Part shown: piece by piece, positions 8,614 through 18,534 of the stretch
Layout: every line of letters starts with the position of its first letter
Position numbering within the stretch: position 1 is the first letter of the stretch
Virus record (IMG/VR): IMGVR_UViG_3300028588_000802
Source: an uncultured virus (IMG/VR IMGVR_UViG_3300028588_000802)
Lineage: Duplodnaviria > Heunggongvirae > Uroviricota > Caudoviricetes
DNA: 64,000 bases
Reading direction: 5' to 3' (one strand)
Made by a program: the position numbers and the translations under genes
The notes under the pieces: generated by a model
Database searches by the model: none
Told to the model about the DNA's origin: nothing
What the model saw: only the letters and a program-made list of their open reading frames with translations

Positions 8614-9420
8614 ATGAACCCTGACACTTCTTCCCCTAACCGACTGCTGCTTCAGTTCGACGGCTACAACATCGTTCGCCGCGTGTACGGCGCCGTACCG
8701 GGAGATGATTCTCCTGAGAAGGTTGAGGGGGCTTTTCGTTCCTCGCTGGGCTCGTTTAAGAACGCACTGAAAGACTTTCAACCGACGCACGTCCTGGCGG
8801 CCTTTGACCACGGCGGCCCGACGTTCCGAAATGAGCTCTACGACCGCTATCGCGAGGGGCGCAAGCCGATGCCTGAGGTTCTTCGGCAAGCGATGCCACA
8901 GTTCTTCGAGTCCCTTCGCGCTCTCGGCATCCCCGTTATCTGCATCGAGGGGGTCGAAGCTGACGATGTCTTGGCGACAGCTGGCTTGCGTTGGGTCCGC
9001 ACAGGCAAAGGGCGAGTCGTCACTGTCAGCACTGACAAGGACCTTGCACAGATGGTCCCGGACGGTGTCGAAATCCGAAACCAGTTCGAGAAGTCGTGGC
9101 TCGACGAAGCGTGGGCACAGAAGAAATTCGGTATTTCGCTCACCAAGCTGGGCGACTTCCTGGCACTGATGGGCGACGACGTCGACGGCATCCCGGGAAT
9201 TCCCAAAGTCGGAGTCAAGACGGCGGCAACCTTGCTGGCCGAATACGGCGACCTCGAGGGCGTTCTGGCCAACATGGACAACATCAAAGGCAAGCTCGGG
9301 GAGCGCGTTCGCGAGCATTGTGAAAATGTTCGAATCTCCCGCAAACTCGTGACACTCAAGACGGACGTCGTGTTGAACATGAGCTGGAACCAAATGGCAT
9401 ATCCGGCATTGGCCGCGTAA
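8614..9420 (+). CDS. 5'-3' exonuclease / flap endonuclease (PolA N-terminal-like)
   Basis: AAFD...FRNELY..YREGR, EADDVL, STDKDL, LMGDDVDGIPGIPKVGVKTA helix-hairpin-helix; start could be 8572. Confidence 0.9.
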   Translation: MNPDTSSPNRLLLQFDGYNIVRRVYGAVPGDDSPEKVEGAFRSSLGSFKNALKDFQPTHVLAAFDHGGPTFRNELYDRYREGRKPMPEVLRQAMPQFFESLRALGIPVICIEGVEADDVLATAGLRWVRTGKGRVVTVSTDKDLAQMVPDGVEIRNQFEKSWLDEAWAQKKFGISLTKLGDFLALMGDDVDGIPGIPKVGVKTAATLLAEYGDLEGVLANMDNIKGKLGERVREHCENVRISRKLVTLKTDVVLNMSWNQMAYPALAA

Positions 9421-9430
9421 CGGAGGCACT

Positions 9431-9820
9431 ATGGGTCGCAACTTGAAACGCACAAAAGGGCGCGATGGAACGGCGCTACCGGGCCTCTGGGAGGGCGAGA
9501 ACGTTCGCATGGAGATGGACCAGGGCTATTGGCAATTCCAGGTGCCGACGCGCGAGGTTGGGCAGACGGGCTACTACGAATTCCGCCCGATTTCGATGGG
9601 CGGAAAATGGCGCACTGTCGGTTGGCGCAAGACCTTGGATGGCTGTATCGCGGCCTCCGAGCGCATGATGAGTGGCGAGATGCTGCTCCGGCCGGCGACG
9701 GGCCGAGGTGACGACCGCATCGAAGCGCACCTGGTGCCCTGGTCCGAGGTCGCGGCCGAAATTGCTGTGCATCCCTCTGTCCGAGGCGATACGCCGGCGA
9801 CTGCCGGTGCGCACTGCTGA
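9431..9820 (+). CDS. hypothetical protein
   Basis: 129-aa ORF with GGAGG RBS, coupled to the exonuclease gene. Confidence 0.6.
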   Translation: MGRNLKRTKGRDGTALPGLWEGENVRMEMDQGYWQFQVPTREVGQTGYYEFRPISMGGKWRTVGWRKTLDGCIAASERMMSGEMLLRPATGRGDDRIEAHLVPWSEVAAEIAVHPSVRGDTPATAGAHC

Positions 9821-9877
9821 GTTGATGCGCGGCGATGCATCATGCTATTTTTCTGAAAACTGCTGCGGGAACGTGAA

Positions 9878-10153
9878 GTGCAAGAACTGAAATCGACGAG
9901 CAAGACACTCGAAATTCACGGCCCGCGCGGCCAAATCTGGCGGCCGGCCAGTGGCGACATTTTTGACCAGGCGCGTCAGCTGACCGAAGTCGGTCGCACG
10001 TACGAGGCCCTCCTGACGGCTCAAGATGCGTACATCGCGAAGCACGGCGACATGCATGAGGTCGACTTCCGTGTCGTCACCCGTGAGGTCACGATTACTG
10101 TCATCGGCGCGATGACACCTGAGCGGCTCGAGCAGGCGCAGGACAGGGGCTAA
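9878..10153 (+). CDS. hypothetical protein
   Basis: 91-aa ORF in a + strand run. Confidence 0.5.
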   Translation: MQELKSTSKTLEIHGPRGQIWRPASGDIFDQARQLTEVGRTYEALLTAQDAYIAKHGDMHEVDFRVVTREVTITVIGAMTPERLEQAQDRG

Positions 10154-10206
10154 TGTCTGTCCGCTAGCCGTTCGCGCACTAGCTACCGATGCCCTCAGGA
10201 GAATTC

Positions 10207-10431
10207 ATGTCAATCAGCGACAACCCAGGAGCCCGAACCCTGGCCCGTGGCCTGAAGTACCCCTATGACGGCCGAGAACCTGCCGACGCGGCCCATAAGG
10301 CAGCACTTGGTGTCATAGCCGAACTCAAGGGCCGCAGCGGCCTCGATGCTCTGCTCGATGACCTCGATGAGGAGCTGCGGTGCGAAATCGTCGATAACCT
10401 CGCGGACATCATCCGCTTGGCACACAACTAA
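10207..10431 (+). CDS. hypothetical protein
   Basis: short ORF with AGGAG RBS. Confidence 0.55.
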   Translation: MSISDNPGARTLARGLKYPYDGREPADAAHKAALGVIAELKGRSGLDALLDDLDEELRCEIVDNLADIIRLAHN

Positions 10432-10455
10432 GAACCGAACTTTTAAGGAGTGGTC

Positions 10456-11514
10456 ATGGGTCATTCGGATAGCCAAGGCGCAGAGCAAATCGCGCTGGCA
10501 CCAGAGGCAGAACTGGCGATGAAGCGCGCTCAACTGGGCATCGCGGCCGTAGACTGGAATCGGAGCCTGGCGGCGCCGCTTATCGCAGTTGGCCATGAGA
10601 TAGCGGTGGCTGAGAAAATTGCAGCCTTGGCAAAAGCCATCTCCGAGGCAGAGGTTCCAAAGTCGCCGGACGGGAACTATCACACCGGGGACGAGGACCT
10701 CGACCTCTTGCTCGGGCTCACGGAGGATATGGCAGAGGGGCGCGGCAACATGGATGTTGGCATGCTGTGGGTATCCGTGCTCGAGCGGGTCATGCGGAAG
10801 CTGAAGGATGCGTCTGCGAAAGAGCCAAGGAACTCGGTAGACCGCTTCCTGACCGACCACCTGCGGCTCTGGAAGGACTTGGGCGTACCGGCCCCGGTAA
10901 ATGAACTGCAGTCGATTCAGGCATGGCTGCGCCACTTGGGTGAACACGGCCCAGAAAAGACCAAGCACGCGATGCGCGGTCGAATGACCCTCTTGACGAA
11001 GGCGTCAATCGAACTGCACAAGGCGGGACCGGAGGCGGAGGATGCCGCCGGCATTTACAACGAGCGGTCGAGGGCCGAAATGGCGGCGGCCGCTCAGTCG
11101 AAGACTCCGAAGAAGCCATGCTTTTATGTCGCCAGTCGGGCAAGCGAGCCGGCACGGGCTGAGATGTGGGTTCGCCTGCGAGACGTCGACGGTTATCGCA
11201 TCAACTCGACATGGATTGACGCGGTAGTGAACCAGACTCCCGTCGCGTACGAGGAACTGTGGCCGCGCATCTGCGAAGAGGTCTCACGCTGCGATTGCCT
11301 GGTGCTTTATGTCCAGCCTGAGGATTTCCCGCTGCGAGGCGCTTTCGTCGAGGTTGGAATGGCCCTGGCGGCCGGCAAACCGGTGCGGGTCGTGGCGCCG
11401 GGTGTTCCACTTGCAGCCGAGGACTTCAAGCCTTTGGGCTCCTGGGCGAAGCATCCGCTGGTGCACATTGTGTCTTCGGTGGAGCGGGCTTTTGCAAGCC
11501 TCGACCCAGCGTAA
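10456..11514 (+). CDS. protein with C-terminal NDT-like (Rossmannoid) domain
   Basis: C-terminus FYVASR...STWID...CDCLVLY...GAFVEVGMALAAGKPV. Confidence 0.6.
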   Translation: MGHSDSQGAEQIALAPEAELAMKRAQLGIAAVDWNRSLAAPLIAVGHEIAVAEKIAALAKAISEAEVPKSPDGNYHTGDEDLDLLLGLTEDMAEGRGNMDVGMLWVSVLERVMRKLKDASAKEPRNSVDRFLTDHLRLWKDLGVPAPVNELQSIQAWLRHLGEHGPEKTKHAMRGRMTLLTKASIELHKAGPEAEDAAGIYNERSRAEMAAAAQSKTPKKPCFYVASRASEPARAEMWVRLRDVDGYRINSTWIDAVVNQTPVAYEELWPRICEEVSRCDCLVLYVQPEDFPLRGAFVEVGMALAAGKPVRVVAPGVPLAAEDFKPLGSWAKHPLVHIVSSVERAFASLDPA

Positions 11515-11561
11515 CAGCCAAAAAAATCCCGCAGCGTGAGCTGCGGGATGAAATAAGGTGA

Positions 11562-11942
11562 CTACGAGCGCGCTTTATCTTTTGCGGCCTTAGCTTTCGC
11601 GTTTGCTGCCGCCAACTTCGCGGCTTTGTCCGCGAAGAGCTGTTTCCATCTTGCGATTTCCGTCTCGTCGGTCAACACGTCCAACTCATTCCAGGGATAG
11701 GTGAACGAGCGGCGATGCGACGATTTGCGTCCATAGGGATGAAATTCGACGATAGGGTCATTCGTAAAGGACACATGCCCCACGACTTCACCGGCGCGCT
11801 CGCGCATCTTGTTTGCCTCGGGCGTGAAGAAGGCGCCCAACTCGGTTTCTTTCACTTTCACAAGGCACCCTTTCGGGAAAGCCTCGAGTTTTTCTTCGGG
11901 GGTCATTCGGAACGTTCGGGCGTCCTTCGAGTGCGTGCTCAT
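11562..11942 (-). CDS. hypothetical protein
   Basis: ORF with AGGAG RBS; motif GCTACAC-TGCGC-AGGCCAATT at 11959-11979. Confidence 0.65.
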   Translation of the reverse strand: MSTHSKDARTFRMTPEEKLEAFPKGCLVKVKETELGAFFTPEANKMRERAGEVVGHVSFTNDPIVEFHPYGRKSSHRRSFTYPWNELDVLTDETEIARWKQLFADKAAKLAAANAKAKAAKDKARS

Positions 11943-12112
11943 TACGATGCTCCTGGTTAATTGGCCTGCGCAGTGTAGCAAATTGTCTTTCGGCCAGCTA
12001 ATACCGAAGAGTGCTTAATCACTTCCGAATCACGGAGGGAGCGACATTTGCCTACTATATTGTGCATTTCTGCTATAATAAAAAGAACACATAGACTTTA
12101 TAAAGGAATCAA

Positions 12113-12889
12113 ATGCCCCGCTACAAGGTCGCTGCAGTTGCACGTCACCAGTTCCTGCTTTCGCAGTTCAAAGTGATTCCTTTGGAAGGCACCCGCCGGC
12201 ACGAGCTGCGGTTCTGCGGGGAGTTGCCGCGGGCTGAGAAGTTCCAGGATGCCGTCAATGCCGCGATGGCGGCGGCCGGCAAGCCTATCGGCGAAGGTGC
12301 GGTCGAAATCTCACAAGACCTGGCCAACCGCATCAAGTACCTGCAGAGTCTTTTCGTTGGTTCGAGTCCCCAGGCAAGCCTGGTTACGGGCGAGGGTGGG
12401 GCTGTGTTCCCTTGCGTGACCTATCTGTATGCGATGAAACGCTTCTTCTGGGTCTCGGCAAACGCGACCATCGACGATGTCCTCGATAAAGGCTGTCACG
12501 ACCACGATAAAGCCTCGCCTATCGCGGGCGTGCGCTCGAGCCGGGAGGAAATCTACATGCTGATGCATAGCGCACTGCGCAAAGCATCGGACTCGACGGT
12601 CACGTCCGCACTCTGGAATGCGATGCACGTGCTCGGCCCCGACGCGCGCAACTGGCTGGCCACCTTGGTTTCAACGGCGCTAAGCGAACAAGAGTTCGAG
12701 ACGGATGAGCAAGTCTTGAGCGCGGTGAAAGAGGCGTTCAAGGCGGACCTGGAGTACGTTGGGGATGCTGAGCGCATTCTGGTCAGTTGCCTGGTCAAGA
12801 TGTTCACCGACTCGGACTGGCGAGGTTTGCTGAGCTATTGCATCATCTGGCCGTTCGAAGTGAAAGCGCAGGAAGCTGAAGCGGCGTGA
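12113..12889 (+). CDS. hypothetical protein
   Basis: 258-aa ORF with AAGGA RBS and TGCTATAAT upstream. Confidence 0.7.
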   Translation: MPRYKVAAVARHQFLLSQFKVIPLEGTRRHELRFCGELPRAEKFQDAVNAAMAAAGKPIGEGAVEISQDLANRIKYLQSLFVGSSPQASLVTGEGGAVFPCVTYLYAMKRFFWVSANATIDDVLDKGCHDHDKASPIAGVRSSREEIYMLMHSALRKASDSTVTSALWNAMHVLGPDARNWLATLVSTALSEQEFETDEQVLSAVKEAFKADLEYVGDAERILVSCLVKMFTDSDWRGLLSYCIIWPFEVKAQEAEAA

Positions 12890-13076
12890 CGGCAAGGTAG
12901 CCAATCAGCAGGCCGTGCTTCGCCCGGCTAACTCGAACGGAGGGGCGCCGAAAACTCGGTTCCTTGCCCCTCCCGGTATTAGGGAGGCCCCGCCCCCGTT
13001 CTCGCTCCGCGCTATTGGCTCACGCTGAGCTGCCCTGACGGCAGCTCAGGTCGCACGCAGATAAAGGGAGGATTCC

Positions 13077-14108
13077 CTATCCGCGAGCGATTTTCTTCAC
13101 CGAGGGAGGGGATGGCGTCAGTATCAGGCCGGCCCGGTCGTAATTGACTTTGGCTTCCGGGTAGAGAACCAGGACGTCCTTCAGCGAACGCTTGAACCCC
13201 TCAATGAACTTGTGCTTCGCCGCCTCGGAGCCGAACTGCTGCATGAGTGCTTCCCAAGGCACTTTGGTTTCCCGAGTGATGCACGCATTGCGATATGAAA
13301 GCCAGCAATAGATGTCGATGGCCAAGGCTGAACTTGCCAAGCTCTTCACAATCCGCATATCGACCGGTACCGGGTTTTGCAGGATGTTCTCGTAGAACCG
13401 CTCTGACAGGACGACTTCCGATTGCCAGAACGATTGTTGGCCGGGGTGCGCTGGGTCCCAGAATGAGTCGAGGGACGATTCATCGGTAATACGAAAACCG
13501 GCATTCTTCCAGTTGGCGGCATTTGGGTCGGTCGTGATGGCAATTTGAGCGGCGAACAATCGTTGCATCTGGTTTTTCAGGAGCGTGATGGTACCCCGTT
13601 CGCCGCCCGTTACCCCGTGTTTACCGAGACCGGCCATGAATTGCACTAGGGAGTCTCCTAGCACGATAGTCCGTGAGGCCTTTTCGCTGTTCCGGTTCTT
13701 GACGACCTCGGTAGCAAGCCATGCCAAGATTAGCCGAGGGTATGCTCCGTAGGGGTAGCCGTAGCACATCAGCTCGTCCTTCATCGTCGGCTTGCCTCGA
13801 GCGTTGAGGACTTCTACACGTCGTTGGTAATAGCCTGGCTGAATCAGCATGCTTACGTTGCCACTAGTACGACCCCATGCGGCCGGAGGAGGATTTCCTT
13901 TCGGCTCGCGATAGGGCAGTGTCGCGTGAACGAGCCATCGAGCTACAAAGCTCAAATTGCCACTGCTGAGGGCATCTTCTTGCTCAAGCGCCAGTGCCTC
14001 TTGGGCGAGTTTTGCGAACTTCCGTTCTTTGGCTGCCAGCTGCTTGTTGGCATAGCTGTCCGGGTCCTTCGCCACAAGTTCCAGATGTGTCGGTTTCTTC
14101 GTCGTCAC
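13077..14108 (-). CDS. repA: plasmid replication initiator (RepA_C family)
   Basis: LVHATLPY, GYPYGAYPRLILAWLATE, PVPVDMR...SALAIDIYCWLSYR; adjacent iteron array. Confidence 0.9.
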   Translation of the reverse strand: MTTKKPTHLELVAKDPDSYANKQLAAKERKFAKLAQEALALEQEDALSSGNLSFVARWLVHATLPYREPKGNPPPAAWGRTSGNVSMLIQPGYYQRRVEVLNARGKPTMKDELMCYGYPYGAYPRLILAWLATEVVKNRNSEKASRTIVLGDSLVQFMAGLGKHGVTGGERGTITLLKNQMQRLFAAQIAITTDPNAANWKNAGFRITDESSLDSFWDPAHPGQQSFWQSEVVLSERFYENILQNPVPVDMRIVKSLASSALAIDIYCWLSYRNACITRETKVPWEALMQQFGSEAAKHKFIEGFKRSLKDVLVLYPEAKVNYDRAGLILTPSPPSVKKIARG

Positions 14109-14167
14109 AGCTAGCTTTCAGTAATCGTTTGAGTTGGGTCAATCTTACGTTTCCGTTTTTGTGCTGT

Positions 14168-15336
14168 CACGCAGATTTAGGGAGTGTGCGTCTCGCCTGT
14201 GTTCGTTTGGGCAGGTGTCCACAGCACGTCGGGACGTCCTATTGTTGAGTAAGAGAACCTACAAAACCTTAAAAGCATAACTACTTGAGAGCCGCTGAAA
14301 CGCAGGCCTGGTGCGGCTTTCAGCGGGTACCGGCTCCCTAAATCTGCGCAGCCCCTCCCTATTTCTGCGTTTCATCCTCCCAACATCTGCGTAATCCCCG
14401 CCCTAAATCTGCGTGAAGCCCTCCCTAAATCTGCGTGAAGATTTTTTTGTATCCACAGACTTATACACAACAGTTCAATCGTGCAGGGCCCAACTTGCGA
14501 TAAAGACTCCCTAAATCTGCGTAAACACGTATTTACGCGGCCACGAACGTAACGGTTTTTTCTAATTTTTCCCTAAATCTGCGTGACCTACCGACACGAA
14601 ACGTTGGCTTGGACGCGCGTGTTTGTCTGCTGTTTGAGTTCTGCTGGGCAAGCCGGCTGCAAAAATCCTCCCAAAATCTGCGTGGCTTCGTAGGAGGGCG
14701 GTGTAAGAGGGGACGCGCGAACAGCAACGCGGCGGCCGCGCAGATTTAGGGAGGATTCCCTGTCGAATAAGCGTTTGGACGGGGTGCAGGGGACCCACAC
14801 AAGAGCGTGTTATGTGCGGTACCTCACGCAGCATTTGGGAGGATTTCGGCACCTGTGGATTTCTCCTGCCGGATACGACCGGCACTGGGCCTGCGACGTC
14901 GTGCGCAGATTTAGGGAGGCGATTTACGCGCAGATTTAGGGAGGAATGAGGGAACCGCCATGGCTCCCTTTGCCTAACGGTACAGGGGAGAGCAGGGATA
15001 CCAGCCCGCCGCGGCAAATGACAAACAAGGTTCCGCGCAGATTTAGGGAGAAAACGGCTGAGCGGGGACGATGTTGTGCGCCGGCTTGGGAGACCAGATT
15101 CGGGAGGACAGGCCACGCAGATTTAGGGTGTACGGTGCCGAGACGGGTGTTTGCGGCGCCGAAATTAATGCTCCGGCGCACGCAGAATTAGGGAGGAATT
15201 GTCGGGATTCGCTGAATTGGCTCGCAGCAAAATGCGGTGTCTTGTGACCGGACGTGCTTCCCGAAGCTTGCTGGTTGTCACGCAGATAATGGGAGGATTT
15301 GGCTGCGACAGAAGCATTCCTCCCAAAATCTGCGTG
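14168..15336. repeat. iteron array / replication origin (oriV), unit TCCCTAAATCTGCG(T)
   Basis: About 18 copies: tandem at ~14335, 14356, 14378, 14400, 14422 (21-22 bp period); also ~14508, 14570, 14669, 15321; inverted at ~14168, 14738, 14826, 14903, 14928, 15035, 15114, 15179, 15279. Confidence 0.9.
14449..14469 (+). promoter_or_regulatory. two DnaA boxes
   Basis: GTATCCACA (14449-57) and TTATACACA (14461-69) next to the phased iterons. Confidence 0.7.
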
Positions 15337-15394
15337 GTGGCGCGTTACGTTACCCGACTGTTCGCAGGGCCCGGCCGGCCATAGGCGTCGACGC

Positions 15395-15949
15395 TCAGGA
15401 CGGAAACTTGAGGTACTTCGCTGGCACCTCGGGAACCAGCCACACGCCATTGTCGGAGACCCGGAACTCAAAGCCGTCTCGCACCATTGGGTACGTTTCG
15501 ACGACGAGGACGATAGGCTGACCACGGCGAAGCGCTACGTTCGTGGCCGTCTCTTTGTCCGGCGAAAGATGGACGTCATGACGGCTCATCGGTTTCAAGC
15601 CGTGCTTACGGATTGCGGCGGCAAATTTCCCAACCGTGCCGTGGTACAGGACTGGAGGCGGTGCCTTGACTGTAAGCTTCAGGTCGACCTCGAGGCTGTG
15701 ACCTTGAGCGGCCCGGATGCGTGCTTCATCATCGCTGAGCAAAAAACGTTTCTTGTCGTTCTGTGCGACGACCTGCTTGAGTTCTTCGAGCGAGAAGGCT
15801 GTGCCCGCGGCGGTGGACTTGGCCAACAACTCGGGGACCGCTGCCCACCCTTGCTTGTCCAGCACCAGGTCGATGGAATCTGGTCGATGCCGAAGCACAT
15901 AGCTTAAAAACTTGCTGATACGCGTTGCGTTTTCTGGGGTGATATTCAT
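15395..15949 (-). CDS. kptA: NAD-dependent RNA 2'-phosphotransferase (Tpt1/KptA)
   Basis: SKFLSYVLRH, DKKRF, IRAAQGHS, LYHGT, RHDVHLS, NGVWL motifs. Confidence 0.95.
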   Translation of the reverse strand: MNITPENATRISKFLSYVLRHRPDSIDLVLDKQGWAAVPELLAKSTAAGTAFSLEELKQVVAQNDKKRFLLSDDEARIRAAQGHSLEVDLKLTVKAPPPVLYHGTVGKFAAAIRKHGLKPMSRHDVHLSPDKETATNVALRRGQPIVLVVETYPMVRDGFEFRVSDNGVWLVPEVPAKYLKFPS

Positions 15950-16010
15950 ACTGGTATTCCTATTTTTCTTGTGATTTTGACGTCATCCCAACTACGGCAG
16001 GGGTGGCTGG

Positions 16011-16637
16011 TTATTCGGTCTGATACGCTCCGGCCCAGGCGGGAATGTCCGCTACCAAATATGTTTTGCAGTTGCCGTTCAGGAGGCGCAACACCGCGGC
16101 CTTGCGGGCAGAGACTGAGTCCTTCAAGCCGATGGCGTCGAGTTCGCCAAGTGTGAGCGTTGAGCCGGAAGGGATGAAGTGCTGGTCAAATGCGAAGCCG
16201 GCACCGCGTGCGTCGCCAACCATCGTTCCACGTACCTGGGCCTCTGCCACGTAGAGGACCCCTGCGTGGTGGACAGCGAGCATCACACGCCAAATTGCCA
16301 TCGGACGAGCGCTTGAGCCCTTCAGGTCCTGTTTGAGCTTGTCGAGCATCCAGCGAATATTTACGCCCGCGGAGAACCCCTCGACGTCGAGCGAGGTGTC
16401 TTCGACAAGGACATTCTCGCCGGCCGCCAGTGCTTTGTACATAACGACCTCTTCTGGCGTTCCATCGACTTCCGGAAGGTCCTCTCCAAGCTCAGCCTGG
16501 ACCTGCAGGCCGAAACGCCGGACTTCGGCTAGCTTCTTCTCGTTCGACGTTTTGAGGACGAATGGAATGCTCTTAAGCGTTGAAGCAATCGCAGGGCTGG
16601 AGATGCCGAGCGGTTTGGGCATGGTCTGTGTGGTCAT
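16011..16637 (-). CDS. Ham1/ITPase-like non-canonical NTP pyrophosphatase
   Basis: TSNEKKLAE, DLPEV, VEDTSL, GFAFD..F, SARK motifs. Confidence 0.8.
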   Translation of the reverse strand: MTTQTMPKPLGISSPAIASTLKSIPFVLKTSNEKKLAEVRRFGLQVQAELGEDLPEVDGTPEEVVMYKALAAGENVLVEDTSLDVEGFSAGVNIRWMLDKLKQDLKGSSARPMAIWRVMLAVHHAGVLYVAEAQVRGTMVGDARGAGFAFDQHFIPSGSTLTLGELDAIGLKDSVSARKAAVLRLLNGNCKTYLVADIPAWAGAYQTE

Positions 16638-16647
16638 CGTGCCTCCC

Positions 16648-17310
16648 TTAAACCGGTTTCGTGCGCAGCAGGAGTTCTTCGCGGTTGCGCAGCTGGTAAA
16701 GCTGCGCCGGCCGGCCACCGCTGGTACGGAACTCCCCTGGCAGCTCTTCGAGGATGTCGAACTCGTTCAGCCAACGGCGGAACCCGCGCTTATCGTGGGA
16801 TTCACCCATCACTATCTGGTACGTGTCCTGGACCTGCGGAAGCGTGAATTTTTCCGGTAGCAAGTAGAAGGGCAGGGTCGAGTAACTCGACTTGTCCCGC
16901 AGACGCTTGAGGGCAAAATCCAGGATTCTGTTGTGGTCGAAGGCCAGCTGCGGCACCTCATCGACAGGGAGCAGGATAGAGGCTGCGGCTTTCCCGCCTT
17001 CGAACAAGTCCTCACGCACCAATGCGTAATGCGCCACGCTAAACGACCAGCCGCGCGGGTCGCGGTCCGGACCCGCAAAGGTGTAGAGCTGCTCGAGGTA
17101 GGGCGTCTTGATAAGCGTCTTCGACTCAAGCGTCCGGCGCGCCGCCTCGAGGCTACCTTTGTCTTCATCAACGTGCACGTATCCGCCAGGCAGCGCCAGC
17201 AGACTCTTAAAAGGGTCCTTGTCGCGCTTGACCAGTAGGACATGCAGCCGCTTCAGGATAAGCGTGAACATCACGATGTCGACGGTGGCGATGGGTTGTG
17301 CGTGTGGCAT
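16648..17310 (-). CDS. nrtR: NrtR-family Nudix/wHTH transcriptional regulator
   Basis: VLLVKR...ALPGG, YLEQLYTF..PDRDPRG, LAFDH, FTL..Q..Y, GGRPAQLY; Nudix box lacks the catalytic Glu residues. Confidence 0.85.
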   Translation of the reverse strand: MPHAQPIATVDIVMFTLILKRLHVLLVKRDKDPFKSLLALPGGYVHVDEDKGSLEAARRTLESKTLIKTPYLEQLYTFAGPDRDPRGWSFSVAHYALVREDLFEGGKAAASILLPVDEVPQLAFDHNRILDFALKRLRDKSSYSTLPFYLLPEKFTLPQVQDTYQIVMGESHDKRGFRRWLNEFDILEELPGEFRTSGGRPAQLYQLRNREELLLRTKPV

Positions 17311-17373
17311 ATGGGTGTCCAGTTGGAGCCCAGTGGGACTCGAGGCTATGTTGCTAACTATAGTGATGGCGGG

Positions 17374-17393
17374 TTAGTGCATTTTAACACTAA
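17374..17393. promoter_or_regulatory. palindromic operator (candidate NrtR site)
   Basis: TTAGTG-CATTTTAA-CACTAA. Confidence 0.6.
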
Positions 17394-17539
17394 GGGGGCA
17401 CTTTCTCAATCGAAGCCGATAGTAGAGCAGGGGCCCTCCACCAATTTTTAACTACAATTTAGGCTGAAATTTTAGGGCCGGCCGCAAATTTTTCTCGAAA
17501 CGTATAAAAGATTTCAGCGAGGTGACTACACTCTTAAAA

Positions 17540-17565
17540 TACTTAGTGCAAAAACGCACTAAGTA
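17540..17565. promoter_or_regulatory. palindromic operator (candidate NrtR site)
   Basis: TACTTAGTGC-AAAAAC-GCACTAAGTA; same TTAGTG-N8-CACTAA core. Confidence 0.65.
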
Positions 17566-17616
17566 GTCTATAATGACTTTACGCTGAACAACACACCCCT
17601 GCTAAGGAGCCTGACC

Positions 17617-18471
17617 ATGAACATGAAGAAGAAAATCCACCTGCTGGCAATCGACCCACAAAACGACTTCTGCGACATCCCGAAGGAAGCCCAGCCGCAC
17701 AATCCGATGGCCCTCGGCGAGCGTATTGCCCCAGCCCTGCCGGTTCCTGGCGCGCACGACGACATGATGCGCCTGTCGGCTCTGATTGACCGCCTGGGCT
17801 CGAAGCTGTACGACATCCACGTCACCATGGACTCGCACAACCCGCTGGACATCGCGCACCCGAGCTGGTGGCGCAACGACAAGGGCGCCGCGCCGGCGCC
17901 GTTCACCCAAATCACTGCGGCCGACGTGCGTGCCGGCGTGTGGCGTGCTCGCAATCCGGGCGCACAAGCCCACAGCCTGGCCTACGTCGAATCGCTGGAA
18001 GCCAATGCCCGCTACACCCTCATCATCTGGCCAGAGCACTGCCTCATCGGTCAGTGGGGCCACAACGTCCACGCGGCCGTCGCCAACTCGCTGAACAACT
18101 GGGCCCGCGAGCGCCAGGAAGTGGTGAACTACGTGACCAAGGGCTCGAACGCCATGACCGAGCACTACTCGGCTGTCCAGGCTGAAGTGCCGGTGCCGAA
18201 CGACCCGTCGACCATGCTGAACAGCCGCCTCATCACCACCCTGGGCGATGCCGACATCATCCTCATCGCCGGCGAAGCGCTGTCGCACTGCGTTGCAAGC
18301 ACGGTGCGTGACATTGCCGACAACTTCGGCGAAGAAAACATCAAGAAGCTGGTCCTGCTGACCGACTGCACCAGCTCGGTGGCCGGTTTCGAAGCCCTGG
18401 GCGAGAAGTTCGTCGCCGACATGACCGCCCGCGGCATGCAGACCGCAAAATCGACCGAATTCCTGGCCTAA
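17617..18471 (+). CDS. nicotinamidase-like cysteine hydrolase (isochorismatase family)
   Basis: IDPQNDFC, D.H...H, WPEHC, K..N..TEHYS, AGEALSHCV. Confidence 0.85.
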   Translation: MNMKKKIHLLAIDPQNDFCDIPKEAQPHNPMALGERIAPALPVPGAHDDMMRLSALIDRLGSKLYDIHVTMDSHNPLDIAHPSWWRNDKGAAPAPFTQITAADVRAGVWRARNPGAQAHSLAYVESLEANARYTLIIWPEHCLIGQWGHNVHAAVANSLNNWARERQEVVNYVTKGSNAMTEHYSAVQAEVPVPNDPSTMLNSRLITTLGDADIILIAGEALSHCVASTVRDIADNFGEENIKKLVLLTDCTSSVAGFEALGEKFVADMTARGMQTAKSTEFLA

Positions 18472-18534
18472 GGCGCCGGCCGGCTCCTGTTCGCAGGAGC
18501 CGCTTTCCGCAAACAGACAAAACAAGGACTACCT

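Noticed and set aside
8386..9510. Long antisense ORFs (also 17602..18525, 23311..24543, 36843..37802, 55006..56076)
   Set aside because: They are shadow frames of well-supported genes in GC-rich DNA, with no recognisable motifs.
12900..13050. Hairpin cluster downstream of repA as a tRNA or antisense RNA
   Set aside because: No cloverleaf or T-loop; the hairpins are adequately explained as terminators of convergent genes.
14168..15336. Repeat cluster as a CRISPR array
   Set aside because: The unit is only ~15 bp, spacing is irregular, orientation is mixed and no cas genes are seen; position next to repA and DnaA boxes fits iterons.
14533..15525. ORFs within the origin region
   Set aside because: The translations simply repeat the iteron sequence (LNLR, PKSA, ADLG); the region is most likely non-coding.
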